Assembly: GCA_965197585.1 (NCBI GenBank)
Contig: OZ240215.1
Coordinates: 2,880,001-2,944,000, forward strand
Origin: Dehalococcoidia bacterium
GTDB taxonomy: Bacteria > Chloroflexota > Dehalococcoidia > Plut-88900
Direction: 5' to 3'
Length of the DNA stretch: 64,000 bases
Shown: positions 50,454 to 60,859 of the stretch, piece by piece
Layout: each line of letters begins with the position of its first letter
Numbering within the stretch: position 1 is the first letter of the stretch
Notes under the pieces: generated by a model
Told to the model about the DNA's origin: nothing
The model's input: the letters and a program-made list of their open reading frames with translations, nothing else
Databases searched by the model: none
Made by a program: the position numbers and the translations under genes

Positions 50454-50507
50454 TCCCCCCAATTCCCGCACAGGCCGTAGTGTAGGCTAACCATAACCGG
50501 AGGCTGA

Positions 50508-51662
50508 ATGTACCTTCCCAGGATCAAGGAATTGCGTAGGGCCTACGGGTTCGAAGAAGTAGCCATCGTTCCGGGAGAGGTCACCATAAATCCGGAGCTC
50601 GCCAACACCACCTTCTCCCTTGGCCCCCACTCCTTTTCCATTCCCCTGATCGCCTCCGCCATGGACGGCGTCGTTGATCCCAACATGGCCATTATGATGC
50701 ACGAGTTCGGGGGGCTGGGAGTGCTCAACCTGGAAGGCATCCATGGCCGGTACGAAGACCCTGAGGACATACTTGAGGAAATATCCCACGCCTCCGAAGA
50801 CGACATCACACCCCTATTCCAGAAAATCTACTCCTCACCCATAAAAGACCAGGCAATCGCCGGCTGCATAACCCGCATCAAGGACTCGGGCGCGGTCTGC
50901 GCCGTCTCCGTCACACCCCAGAACACCAAGAGGGTCGCTCCCATCGCCGTCGAGGCTGGCGCCGACATCCTCGTAGTCCAGTCGACAGTCACTACTGCTC
51001 GACATGTCTCCCGCAGCTACAAGGGCCTCATATTCCAGGAGCTATGCCAGCAGCTTTCGATACCGGTGGTCGTCGGCAACTCCGTCGGGTTCAACACGGC
51101 CCTGGAGCTTATGGAGACAGGCATTGCCGGTCTGCTGGTGGGTGTCGGACCCGGCGCCGCGTGCACCAGCAGGGAGGTGCTCGGAATTGGGGTGCCTCAA
51201 ATCACCGCAACCCTCGAATGTGCCGCCGCCCGAGATGAGTACGTTCGCAGGACGGGACGAGACGTCGCCATCATCACCGACGGCGGCCTCAGGACTGGTG
51301 GCGACATCTGCAAGGCCATAGCCTCCGGCGCCGACGCCATAATGCTCGGCACCCCCCTCGCCCAGGCCCACGAGGCCCCCGGCCGAGGCTACAACTGGGG
51401 CATGGCCAGCCCCCACCCCGACCTCCCCAGGGGCACCCGGATCAAGGTCGGGACCCGGGGCTCGCTGAAAGAGATTCTCCTTGGCCCATCATCCGTCGCC
51501 GACGGCACCATGAACCTGGTCGGGGCCCTGCGCACGGCCATGGGCATGTGTGGCGCCCTGACCATCAAGGACATGCACCAGGCCGAGATGATCATCGCCC
51601 CCTCCATCAAGACCGAGGGCAAGGTCTTCCAGATGCAGCAAAGGGCCAACTCCCGCAACTAA
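50508..51662 (+). CDS. guaB3: GuaB3-type IMP dehydrogenase family protein
   Basis: RRAYGFEEVAIVP, SAMDGV, GVGPGAACTSR and DGG motifs; no CBS domains. Confidence 0.88.
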   Translation: MYLPRIKELRRAYGFEEVAIVPGEVTINPELANTTFSLGPHSFSIPLIASAMDGVVDPNMAIMMHEFGGLGVLNLEGIHGRYEDPEDILEEISHASEDDITPLFQKIYSSPIKDQAIAGCITRIKDSGAVCAVSVTPQNTKRVAPIAVEAGADILVVQSTVTTARHVSRSYKGLIFQELCQQLSIPVVVGNSVGFNTALELMETGIAGLLVGVGPGAACTSREVLGIGVPQITATLECAAARDEYVRRTGRDVAIITDGGLRTGGDICKAIASGADAIMLGTPLAQAHEAPGRGYNWGMASPHPDLPRGTRIKVGTRGSLKEILLGPSSVADGTMNLVGALRTAMGMCGALTIKDMHQAEMIIAPSIKTEGKVFQMQQRANSRN

Positions 51663-51816
51663 TATCCGACCCCGTAATTCCCGGCTCCGGTCGGGCTGAA
51701 AGTCCGCCTTCGGCGGAGCGTGAATCCATTCCCCGGGCGGGGCCGCTCATCCTGAGCACCGTCGAAGGGTCGAGCGGGGGGAGGTATCACTAACGAGACC
51801 CACCAGGAGACCCACA

Positions 51817-52338
51817 ATGCGCGAAAGGCTCCTCCAAGGCGACCGCTTCCCGAAAATCAAGCTGGACCTGACAGACGGCTCGACTATCACACTCCCCGAC
51901 GAGGCCCCCGGACGCTACTTCGCGCTCCTCTTCTACCGCGGCGAGTGGTGACCTTACTGCAGGGTGCAGTTGGTCACCTATCAGAAAAGCATGGCCGAGC
52001 TGGAACAGCTTGGCGTGTACGTCATCGGGGCGACCATCGAAGACCGGGACACGGCGGCTCGTATGGCCGAAGAGGAGGGCATAACCTTCCCCATTGCCTA
52101 TGGAGTCACGCAAGAGAGCATCGGACCTCTCGCCCCTTTGTGGGGAGAAGAAAAGGGCTACGGCCTCACCGTCGAGCCCATGGAGTTCCTCGTGCGTCAC
52201 AACTTTGTAATCGGCTCCATGTACGCCTCGGGGCCGGTCGGGCGGATGGACGTCTCCCAGCTTATCCATTTCATCAAGCTCCGGGAGAAATCACGGCAGC
52301 GGGCCTTACACAGCACGGCTGCGTCGCGCGAACCTTGA
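51817..52338 (+). CDS. Selenocysteine-containing peroxiredoxin-like (AhpC/TSA redoxin) protein, UxxC
   Basis: RBS AGGAGA and ATG 51817; FYRGEW-TGA(51949)-PYC in frame with ORF 51964..52338. Confidence 0.85.
51948..51977 (+). promoter_or_regulatory. Bacterial SECIS-like hairpin
   Basis: GUGACC-UU-ACUGCA-GGG-UGCAGU-U-GGUCAC starting at the UGA, with a G-rich apical loop. Confidence 0.7.
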
Positions 52339-52432
52339 TCGGATTGTTGAAGAAATGAATAAAGCGCCCTTCTTGGACGCTTTCAACTCTTGATTGAGGA
52401 GATGTGTGTTTGCTTCTTGGATTGCCAGCAGA

Positions 52433-52813
52433 TTAAAACGGTCTCCCACGTAATCGGCGTGGCAGCAGTTTCTGCCCCACTGGATCCACCATTAGGCCAA
52501 ACTCCTCCAGCGCCAAGGCTCCCAAAAGTGGCTCGCTATCCTCACCAAAAACCACCTGGCACACTTCCTCGCGGCCATCATAGGACATGAGCGCTCTTCC
52601 GATGGGATACTCCTTCAATGACCCATCGGCCATCTCCATCACTTCGCTCTTATATGGCTTGACCCCCGCCTTCTGCAATACAGAACTCGGGATCAGCGAG
52701 TAGTGAGCACCCGTATCTACCGTGGCCTTCACTCGTTGAAATGCGTTGCCTTCAATGTTAGCCACACCTATTGTTACCGAGAACATTCCCATAATTGTTG
52801 CCTTTTCCCTCAT
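52433..52813 (-). CDS. Clan AA (retroviral-like) aspartic protease
   Basis: ATVDTGA and PLLGALALE motifs. Confidence 0.85.
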   Translation of the reverse strand: MREKATIMGMFSVTIGVANIEGNAFQRVKATVDTGAHYSLIPSSVLQKAGVKPYKSEVMEMADGSLKEYPIGRALMSYDGREEVCQVVFGEDSEPLLGALALEEFGLMVDPVGQKLLPRRLRGRPF

Positions 52814-53067
52814 TATAACCGACTACATCTAATAACATAAAGTAATTAGCAGTTGCGTACTAGTTAAGGAAGCCTCTGCCACATACAATCCCTCTTCATT
52901 GTTCTGTCCTCCCTCCTCCCCAATTACTGAATTAGGGGCACAAGCATGCGCCAAGGTGTATGTGTATGCCCCTATTCATCTCTCCCCCTCTCCCTTAGGG
53001 ACTTTAAGGGAGAGGGGGATCAAGGGGGAGAGGGTTCCCTGCTGGCGATGGCAGGTGTGAAGAGTTG

Positions 53068-53097
53068 TTGACACCCCGACACCCCCCTCCCCATAAT
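53068..53097 (+). promoter_or_regulatory. Sigma70-like promoter
   Basis: TTGACA-18 nt-CATAAT. Confidence 0.55.
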
Positions 53098-53138
53098 CAC
53101 CGCGTCCCATCTCCCCCGCCCAGCCAAGGAGGTCCAGC

Positions 53139-54125
53139 ATGTCCCCTTCCCAAAAAATGAAGAAACTCGTAGTCGTTGACGACGGTATCAGCACCATAAA
53201 AGTGGACGGCCTCGAGCCCTACGCCCGCACCCTCGCCGACGAGTTTGTCATCCACCGCGACGCCCCCGCCGACAACGAAGACCTCATCCAGCGCTGCCAA
53301 GGCGCCGACGCCGTGATTAACATCCTCTCCACCTCCGAGTTCACCCGAGACCTTATGACACGCTGCCCGGACCTGCGTGTCGTTTCCATATGGGCCGCAG
53401 GGGTCAACAACGTCGATCTGGACGCCGCCCAGGAGTTGGGCGTAACCATCTGCAACACCCCGGGTTACGGCAACTTCGGTGTGGGAGAGCACACGCTGGC
53501 CCTCATGCTGGCCGCGGCCCGCAACATGCACCAGGTCGACAGGCGGATCCGCCAGGGCGAGTGGGTCAAGGAACCCCTGGTGCAGCTTTACGGCAAGACC
53601 CTCGGGGTCCTGGGCGCGGGTCCCATAGCCCAGCGAGTCATGGAGCTAGGCCGGGTCATCGGTATGGACGTCATCGCCTGGACCCTGAACCCTTCACCCG
53701 AGCGCGCCGCCAAGTACGGAGTCGAATTCGTGGACGTAGACACCCTTTGCGAGAAGGCCGACGTGGTAGCCGCCATCATCGCCCTTTCGGACAAGACTCA
53801 CCACGTCATCGGGCGCAAGCAGCTGGAGATGATGAAGCCGAGCGCCATTGTCGTGAACACAGGCAGGGGCGCCCTCATCGACGAAGACGCTCTCTACGAG
53901 TTCCTGCGCGACGGCAAGATAAAGGCCGCGGGCCTGGATGTCTTCTCGACCGAGCCCCTCCCCGCCAAGCACCCCTTCACCGAGCTTGACAACGTCATCC
54001 TCTCGTCCCATGTCGCCGCCCACACCCCCGAGACCACCCTGGCCGGCGTCAAGATGTCCCTGGACAACATCGCCACCTTCCTCGAAGGCACCACCCAAAA
54101 CGTATTCTCCCCCGGCTTCCGGTAG
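53139..54125 (+). CDS. D-isomer-specific 2-hydroxyacid dehydrogenase
   Basis: LGVLGAGPIA, NTGRGALIDE, AGLDVFSTEP and SSHVA motifs. Confidence 0.9.
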   Translation: MSPSQKMKKLVVVDDGISTIKVDGLEPYARTLADEFVIHRDAPADNEDLIQRCQGADAVINILSTSEFTRDLMTRCPDLRVVSIWAAGVNNVDLDAAQELGVTICNTPGYGNFGVGEHTLALMLAAARNMHQVDRRIRQGEWVKEPLVQLYGKTLGVLGAGPIAQRVMELGRVIGMDVIAWTLNPSPERAAKYGVEFVDVDTLCEKADVVAAIIALSDKTHHVIGRKQLEMMKPSAIVVNTGRGALIDEDALYEFLRDGKIKAAGLDVFSTEPLPAKHPFTELDNVILSSHVAAHTPETTLAGVKMSLDNIATFLEGTTQNVFSPGFR

Positions 54126-54228
54126 AAGAGGCGTTTATCCGTCATTCCGGCCACCGAGCCGGAATCCAGGGGTGGGGTGGGAGGGTCGCTTTCCGCCCTT
54201 CTACTCCACGTGGTAGTCTAAATATGTC

Positions 54229-54558
54229 ATGAACGACGCCATCGTCTTCGACAGCCACCGATTCGTCAGGAACCTCACTGCCAGCGGCTTTACCGAGCGC
54301 CAGGCCGAAGCGCTAGCCAACGAGCAGGTCCAACTCCTCAACGGAAACCTCGCCACTAAGACCGACCTCGCATCGGCTCAGACCAACCTTGAAGCGAAGC
54401 TCGCAGGCGTCAAGGCCGACCTCGAAGCGAAGAGCGCAGGCGTCAAGGCCGACCTCGAAGTGAAAATTGCAAACGTCCAAACCAACCTGTTGAAGTGGAT
54501 GTTCGCTGCCCTCATTGCCCAGGCCAGCGTAGTCGTGACGCTAATCAAGCTGCTCTAA
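54229..54558 (+). CDS. DUF1640/CCDC90-like coiled-coil protein
   Basis: FDSHRFV..L..SGFTERQAE, LATKTDL, 11-aa repeats VKADLEAK and a C-terminal TM helix. Confidence 0.82.
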   Translation: MNDAIVFDSHRFVRNLTASGFTERQAEALANEQVQLLNGNLATKTDLASAQTNLEAKLAGVKADLEAKSAGVKADLEVKIANVQTNLLKWMFAALIAQASVVVTLIKLL

Positions 54559-54725
54559 CAGCATCCAAGCCCCACCCTTCCCGACCCCCATCCCTACCTT
54601 CCGTCATTCTCGTGCCTCGACACGGGAATCCAGAGTCACCCACTCACGCGTCCACCCTCCAACCCCCCACCCGTTCACCCTGAGCCCCGTCGAAGGGTCG
54701 AGCGCACCGAAGCACGCACAACCCC

Positions 54726-55559
54726 CTACCCGAACAGCGCCCTCCCCACCTCTCCCACCCCCTTCAAGTCGAAGGGCGGGTAGATGTCTAGGACGATCCT
54801 GTCGATCCCTTCCTCCTCCATCCGCGCCACGTAGCCCCTAGGATCGGATAACACGGCTTCGTCCAGCCTGTCGGAGATGGATATCTCGAACTGGTCCCTG
54901 GGCCGCCCGACTCTCGCCAGCTCTTCCAGCACGATTGGCCTTAGCTGCTTGAACTTCGGGTTCTCCTCGCCATCCCATCCCCGAGGCGCCTCGCAGTTCC
55001 ACCCGACCCCCACTCTCACAGCGTTCCTCGCCGACATCGGCCCCAGCCCTGCCACCATAACCGGGGGCACTGGCTCGGGGGCGGGAGTCGATAGGACGCC
55101 CTTAGCGCTGTAGTATTTGCCCTGGTAGCTGACCCGCTCGCCCGTCCACATGAGCCTCATCAGTTCCACGGCCTCCCCCACCCGTTCCACCCGCTCCCTC
55201 CCTGCCGGGAAGGGCCTGTTGAACCCGACCTGCTCCTTAGGTCTCGCCCCGGCGCCTATGCCCAGTTCGATTCGACCCCCGGAGATCTGTTGCACGGTGG
55301 CGACTGTTTTCGCCAGCACGTCCGGCGCCCGATTCAATACGTTGGAAACGAAGCTTCCCAGCTTGACGCGCTGAGTAGCCTCGGCCAGGGCAGCGAGGAG
55401 TGTCCAGCATTCCAGGACCGGCTCATCGTCGTCTTTGAAAGACAGTAGATGGTCCCACGTCCAGACCGACTCGAAGCCCGACGCCTCTGCGGCCAGCGCC
55501 GCCTCCCGGCACTCGAGGTACGTCGTCCCAAACGGCACTATGCAAATCCCGATTTTCAT
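54726..55559 (-). CDS. LLM-class F420-dependent oxidoreductase
   Basis: GFESVWTWDHL, ECWTLLAALA and ISGGRIELGIGAG motifs. Confidence 0.88.
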   Translation of the reverse strand: MKIGICIVPFGTTYLECREAALAAEASGFESVWTWDHLLSFKDDDEPVLECWTLLAALAEATQRVKLGSFVSNVLNRAPDVLAKTVATVQQISGGRIELGIGAGARPKEQVGFNRPFPAGRERVERVGEAVELMRLMWTGERVSYQGKYYSAKGVLSTPAPEPVPPVMVAGLGPMSARNAVRVGVGWNCEAPRGWDGEENPKFKQLRPIVLEELARVGRPRDQFEISISDRLDEAVLSDPRGYVARMEEEGIDRIVLDIYPPFDLKGVGEVGRALFG

Positions 55560-55672
55560 TGATGGCCTAGTCTCCTATAACTCCGACCGACTCTTACCTA
55601 ACTGTCATTCCCGACTCCGATCGGGAATCCAGGGGCGGGGGTAGGGTCTCCTTCCCGGGGCGGGGCCACGCA

Positions 55673-56662
55673 TCACTTCGAAGGAAACAGCACGGCCAAC
55701 AAGTCAATAATCAGCTTGGCCGTAAACCGAGTCGTGGTCTCCGAGTGATCATACGGCGGGGCCACCTCCACGAAGTCGCACCCGACAATGTTCACCCGCT
55801 TCGCCAGCGCTATCAGCGCATCCCGCATCTCGAAGTAGTAGAGCCCGCCGGGTGCAGGGGTGCCCGTGCCCGGCATCTGCACCGGGTCCATCGCGTCGAT
55901 GTCGACGGTCAGGTAGACTTTGCCACCCGCAGGCACCTCCGCTATCGCCGCCTCGGGGCCCATGGCCCGGAACTGGTCAGTCGTGACTATCTTGACGCCC
56001 TTGGCTATGGCGTCCTCATACACGTCGGGCCGAGCCATGCGTATGCCCAGCGACGTTATGTTCCTCACGTTCGGCAGGTCGAAGCAGCGGCGTATCGGGC
56101 AGCCGTGGTGGTAGAAGGTGCCCTGGAGCTCGTGGCTGAAGTCTATGTGCGCATCGAAGTGGACCACGTCCAGATCGGCATAGCTGTCGAACCCCCGCAC
56201 TGCGGGAAAGGTGATCGAGTGGTCTCCCCCGACAATCACCGGAAAAGACCCCCGAGCCACTATCTGCCTCACTGCGTGGGTTGTCTTGGCATAGTTGTTC
56301 TCGACGTCCGACGGGATGATAGTCACGTCCCCGCAGTCGGCCATGGTGACGCCGCGGAGCATCATCTCCTTCCGGTCGATATCAAAGTAGCCCTGGGCCT
56401 CCTTGTCCTCGAAGGCGTCCATGTAGTCATAGATGCGGTTGACGTAGCGGATGCCGTTGGGCCCGAACCGGGCCCCGGGCCGGGCGTAGGTGCCCTGGTC
56501 GTACGGCACCCCCAGGAAAGCGACATCCGCATCCAACTCATCGATATTATTCACGAGCGGAGTACGGAAGAACGACATCGGCACCGCCCGAGTCGCGGGC
56601 CACGGCCCATCCCAAGTATCCTTCAGTTCGAGAGATCGGTTAGGCTCATGCTCGGCAGTCAT
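55673..56662 (-). CDS. Agmatinase/arginase-family ureohydrolase
   Basis: GGDHSIT, DAHID, DIDAMDP, GTGTP and EVAPPYD motifs. Confidence 0.9.
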   Translation of the reverse strand: MTAEHEPNRSLELKDTWDGPWPATRAVPMSFFRTPLVNNIDELDADVAFLGVPYDQGTYARPGARFGPNGIRYVNRIYDYMDAFEDKEAQGYFDIDRKEMMLRGVTMADCGDVTIIPSDVENNYAKTTHAVRQIVARGSFPVIVGGDHSITFPAVRGFDSYADLDVVHFDAHIDFSHELQGTFYHHGCPIRRCFDLPNVRNITSLGIRMARPDVYEDAIAKGVKIVTTDQFRAMGPEAAIAEVPAGGKVYLTVDIDAMDPVQMPGTGTPAPGGLYYFEMRDALIALAKRVNIVGCDFVEVAPPYDHSETTTRFTAKLIIDLLAVLFPSK

Positions 56663-56998
56663 ATATCACCTCCGCGTCAGTCGGGGCTAGGGGTGGGGAT
56701 TATACCTTGTGGGGGTGGGGGGTGGGGGAGGGGCAGGGGCCGCTCCCCCTGAGCAGCGTCGAAGGGTCGAGCGGAAGGGGAAGATGTTAACCATACAAGT
56801 ATGTCGTACAATCAACGAACAACCCTTGGCTCCATGCCCCGACAAACCGAACCCAACGTCAATAACGCCCTCGCCAACCTCCTGGAGACTAGTGTTTGAC
56901 TTTGCTCAATTAGGTCATGTACAGTGATAGACCCCTTGAGCATAAAATGATGATTGAGCAACTCAACACGCGTATGGCGCGAGCACAATAGATTGTAG

Positions 56999-57775
56999 GT
57001 GGGGGGACAAATGAATGAGCCCTCGTTGACTCACATATTTGGTGAGTGGAGTGTTGAGAGTCTTCGCTTAACTACCTTTCACGGGGTAAAGTCGCCGCCA
57101 CAGGGTTTATGGAGCGAGCTCATGGGGATAAACCCTGAATCGCAAGATTCCAGACCACGTGAGCAGTTTACTAGGGAACAAGGGGGCTTAGGAGAAAATC
57201 GGCTACTTTTGGAGACCCAAAGACAGCGCTTGGATTGGAAAGTCGTACCGTCTCCACCCCCATCTGTGAGCAACGGTGATAGTGACGTCCCCAATCTTCT
57301 AGCAGTAGAACAGGGTGTCGAGCTACTGCAAAATGCACTAACCGTCACTCTGAAACACATTTCACTGGTTAACAGGTTGGCCCTGGGGGTTGTCTTATTG
57401 AAGCTTGCCATGGATCCAAGCGAGGGAATAGCCACAATCGTGAAATACGTCCCTCATCTGGCATCAGCCTTACACGGGACATCTGACCTGATATATCAAA
57501 TTAACCGGAAGCGACGCTCCAGAGTGGCTCCTCATGTGGAGATAAACAGACTATGCAAGTGGACATTGGAGCAGTATCAAGGTGGTGCTTTACTTATATC
57601 GCCTTCTCAGGACCCGGTATTTCAACCTGACAAAACGCGATTTATTGCTAAGGCATCGCTGGATATCAATACAGTTCCTAGCGATACCGCAATCTCTACA
57701 AAGAGAATGCCAGCACTATTAGGGGAATTTATCGAATTGGCCCGTGAAGTTGCCATTAAAGGAGACATTTCATGA
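56999..57775 (+). CDS. Hypothetical protein, TIGR04255-like
   Basis: RLDW...NRLALG...YQINR...INRL.KW...LDINT pattern; lower GC. Confidence 0.6.
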   Translation: MGGQMNEPSLTHIFGEWSVESLRLTTFHGVKSPPQGLWSELMGINPESQDSRPREQFTREQGGLGENRLLLETQRQRLDWKVVPSPPPSVSNGDSDVPNLLAVEQGVELLQNALTVTLKHISLVNRLALGVVLLKLAMDPSEGIATIVKYVPHLASALHGTSDLIYQINRKRRSRVAPHVEINRLCKWTLEQYQGGALLISPSQDPVFQPDKTRFIAKASLDINTVPSDTAISTKRMPALLGEFIELAREVAIKGDIS

Positions 57776-58509
57776 CCTTGGCAGAAGCTGGGCCTGGCAC
57801 ACTTAATCGTGGTCGAGGGCGCGATGACCATATGTTGCGTGCTTGGTACACGAACAAAATTCCATTTAACGGCGGTAATGTCTATGAGGTTGTACGCAAG
57901 TTGGAAAACAACGTAGTTGGGACATTGCCCTCGTCTCAGCAGGGTGACCAGCAGCAGGCTGATTACCGGGTAGTCGGCGAAATCTTGGCACATGACTTTA
58001 TAGTCCCGGTGCATTCGGGCACTATTGAAACTGAGCTCGAAGTCCGGGAATACCATGACATGGGGCGCACTTTCGTCATAGTTGACTTCATGGAACCCGA
58101 AGATGAGTTCCCATACGAATGTCAGGAAGTGATTCGGGAATTACGTGACAACGGGCGGCCTATCCTAGCGGACACCCTGCTCGACATGGTGCGAGAGATG
58201 CAAGAAGAGCCCCTTGACAGCGATGTAGTTATTGTCTCTTTGCGCGATATGGCCCGGTTCCTCATCGAAGAGCGTACAGTAGTAGACCCCATTGTCGGAC
58301 CCGACGGGAAGGGGGTTATGTACGCTCAATGGGAGATCACTGACGGTGGTGATCTAATTTTGGGTTTTCCAGGTTATGGGGAAGTCATTTTGGTCGCACA
58401 GAGGGATGAAGGCCCTAACGTCGAAGAGTTGGATATCAGTGACCGCGGCTTCCAAGAACGCATACTAGAGGAATATGGCTACCTCGTACCCCGCCGGTCT
58501 GCCTCCTAA
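57772..58509 (+). CDS. Acidic hypothetical protein (candidate antitoxin)
   Basis: ATGA overlap; C-terminal PIVGPDGKGVMYAQW..LILGF domain. Confidence 0.6.
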   Translation: MTLAEAGPGTLNRGRGRDDHMLRAWYTNKIPFNGGNVYEVVRKLENNVVGTLPSSQQGDQQQADYRVVGEILAHDFIVPVHSGTIETELEVREYHDMGRTFVIVDFMEPEDEFPYECQEVIRELRDNGRPILADTLLDMVREMQEEPLDSDVVIVSLRDMARFLIEERTVVDPIVGPDGKGVMYAQWEITDGGDLILGFPGYGEVILVAQRDEGPNVEELDISDRGFQERILEEYGYLVPRRSAS

Positions 58510-58930
58510 AACCCCTCTGCCAGATTCTGACGATGTAGTCAGATATTGTTCACCTAGCAGATATGACCACAAAAACAATCGCCCCAAGGTAGGGGCGTTT
58601 ATTGCCGAGGGAAGGCCCCCTGAGCTATCTGTAAACCATCTACAGCATTACAAAGGTTTAAGCAAACCTACTGCAATGGCGCACGTCAGGGCCGAGGTTG
58701 ATGGCTACCTAACATTGAAACCCAAGGGGCGTTTCGTAATGTTTAACGTGGCGGCTATTAAGAACGAAGATCGCCGTCACAGCGTCGATCTCACCGTCAT
58801 ATACACACCAGAGCGTGATAAGCCATCGCACTCTTCCATTTATGTGCACCTGGATGAGGACGTGCCTAGGGTGGCGACTCTGTTAATGAGGCTGACGACT
58901 CGAGCCAATACGTGCCCAGCTGTAACCTAG
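58475..58930 (+). CDS. Hypothetical protein with ADP-ribosyltransferase-like R-S-H pattern
   Basis: VVRY...AF...LSVN...PSHSSI; overlaps the upstream gene. Confidence 0.55.
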   Translation: MATSYPAGLPPKTPLPDSDDVVRYCSPSRYDHKNNRPKVGAFIAEGRPPELSVNHLQHYKGLSKPTAMAHVRAEVDGYLTLKPKGRFVMFNVAAIKNEDRRHSVDLTVIYTPERDKPSHSSIYVHLDEDVPRVATLLMRLTTRANTCPAVT

Positions 58931-59248
58931 GCACACGGTTCACAAACCATGGCTAGGGACCCCGTTTATCTTTAAAGTGCCCTACTGTTAGCAAGTTGCC
59001 CTGTGTTGGAGTCCGGAATCTTACTTCCCTGAAACTACACAGGACACGACGCTTTCGGCAGATCTGTCTAGTGTCACGGCCCCGACCCTCCGCTCACTAT
59101 CCATCAAACTATGTATTGCCCTACTCAAGAAAAGAGCCCACGCGGCCCCACCCCCCACGCGCCCGAGGCCGCGCTGCACGAAATCATCGCAAAGCGCGGC
59201 CTTGGCATACTGTGAGGGCGAGGCTAGGTTGTTGGAGTCCTTCGCCCC

Positions 59249-59911
59249 CTATGCGCCCAACCGGAAGGGCGGATACCGGTCCGTCGTCAGCAGGAAGGCG
59301 TAGGCGCCGACGCGATAGCTCCACCGCATCACGCCAACCACGAACTCGAACATTCCTTGGGGATACCGGCCTGTGACCAGGATCAACAGCCAAGCCAGTA
59401 TCGTGACCAGAATGGCCAGGACCCCAAGAACGGCGAGAATTATGTAGTGCGGAATGGCCAACAGCCACTTGAAGATGGGCAGGATCCGGTTCAGATCAGT
59501 CTCGGCGTTCGGATACTCGATCCGCAGATGCACCGACTGCTCTTCGTCCGTGGAGGGATACTCGTCCCGGAGCACCAACAGAAACGACTCAATCCTCGCC
59601 GTGAACCGGCTCAACTCCAGGTTCCAGTCGAACCACCACTTGGGATACTTCTTGCGGAACACTATCATCAACAGCGGCCCGATAAACAAGATGCCGCCGA
59701 CAGAGATGGGCAGCAACGCCTCGTTCAGTTCCGGGCTCCCCGTGTCGAAGTAGCCACCTATGAAGGCACTCACCACGAGAATTGGTATCGACAGGATGAT
59801 TCGCAGCAATACCGACAGCCGGTTCCTCGACGCCTGATAATCGACGGATAACTGCACCGGATAGTCGGAACCCCCACCCCCCATATTGGAATTCGCTTCA
59901 CTCTGCGCCAT
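59249..59911 (-). CDS. DUF4389 membrane protein
   Basis: Duplicated RKKYPKWWFD..DEYP and GRYPQGMF..DRYPPF modules. Confidence 0.88.
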   Translation of the reverse strand: MAQSEANSNMGGGGSDYPVQLSVDYQASRNRLSVLLRIILSIPILVVSAFIGGYFDTGSPELNEALLPISVGGILFIGPLLMIVFRKKYPKWWFDWNLELSRFTARIESFLLVLRDEYPSTDEEQSVHLRIEYPNAETDLNRILPIFKWLLAIPHYIILAVLGVLAILVTILAWLLILVTGRYPQGMFEFVVGVMRWSYRVGAYAFLLTTDRYPPFRLGA

Positions 59912-60083
59912 GAAAACCTCCCAAATTGAAATTCACACTCCCAGCCTCCAGGTCCATTCGCCGAGCATAGCAGAAAGAGGTCGCCCCGTTTTTCACCGTT
60001 CATGGCTGCGGAATAGCCCAACGGCTCCCTTGAATCTCACCCTCAGGCCTCTTACTCGACCACCGTCAACGACTCGTAGAACC

Positions 60084-60482
60084 CTAACCCCCCACCAACA
60101 CCACCCCCCGCATCCGAGCCAGTCTCCGGTCGAATGTGTAAAGAGGCGCAGCTCCCACCCGTTCCGCAGCCGCAAGAATCATCAGGTCCGAAAAACCAAC
60201 GCCTCCCTGCCGGTAGCGGTGCGCCGCCGCAACCACGTCATCCGCATTCTCGACTACGAGACTATCCGAAGCAGTCAGGTCCATCAACACCTCGGCAATC
60301 CGTGCACGAGGGAACCGGTAGCTACGCTCCAGCACCCATGCAGCCTCGATCACTACCTCGCGGCAAATGAAGCCTGGGGTGTCGGGAGTCAACTGCTCCA
60401 GCAGCGAACGGGCGGCCTCCGACTGTCCCGGGTCGTCCGCCACCAGGTAGCGTACGATCACGTTGGTGTCGACCGCCGTCAT
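60084..60482 (-). CDS. vapC: VapC (PIN) toxin
   Basis: AVDTNVIVRYL...E...GFSD...TFD. Confidence 0.9.
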   Translation of the reverse strand: MTAVDTNVIVRYLVADDPGQSEAARSLLEQLTPDTPGFICREVVIEAAWVLERSYRFPRARIAEVLMDLTASDSLVVENADDVVAAAHRYRQGGVGFSDLMILAAAERVGAAPLYTFDRRLARMRGVVLVGG

Positions 60483-60712
60483 CCTTCACTCGCCCCCTCT
60501 GCGATGGCCTTGTCCATATCTTCCAGGCTCACCGACGGACCGCCGTACTTCAAGCTGCCGAACAGACGGCTCGTGGGCCGGACCGGCATTATCAGCACTC
60601 CCTCATCCAGGATCACGTAGCGCACCTTGTCCCCCGCCTTCACCGACAGAGATTCCCTCACCGCTTTGGGCAGCGTCGTCTGCCCCTTCACCGTTATGCT
60701 GGATTCAAACAT
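60479..60712 (-). CDS. AbrB/MazE-type antitoxin
   Basis: ITVKGQTTLPKAVRESL; 4-bp overlap with vapC. Confidence 0.9.
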   Translation of the reverse strand: MFESSITVKGQTTLPKAVRESLSVKAGDKVRYVILDEGVLIMPVRPTSRLFGSLKYGGPSVSLEDMDKAIAEGASEG

Positions 60713-60747
60713 GAAATCACCCCTTCACATGGCAGTATGAGAAATGT

Positions 60748-60792
60748 CCTTACATTATAAACAATAGCAATGCCTTACGCTTAATTGTAAGG
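60748..60792 (-). promoter_or_regulatory. TA promoter/operator
   Basis: TATAAT on the minus strand at 60754-60759; CCTTAC twice and inverted GTAAGG. Confidence 0.5.
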
Positions 60793-60859
60793 TTATCTTT
60801 TAACAGAGGGTCCGCTTACCCAGCCATCCGAGGCCCCGCGAGGAATCTGGGCCGGGGTC

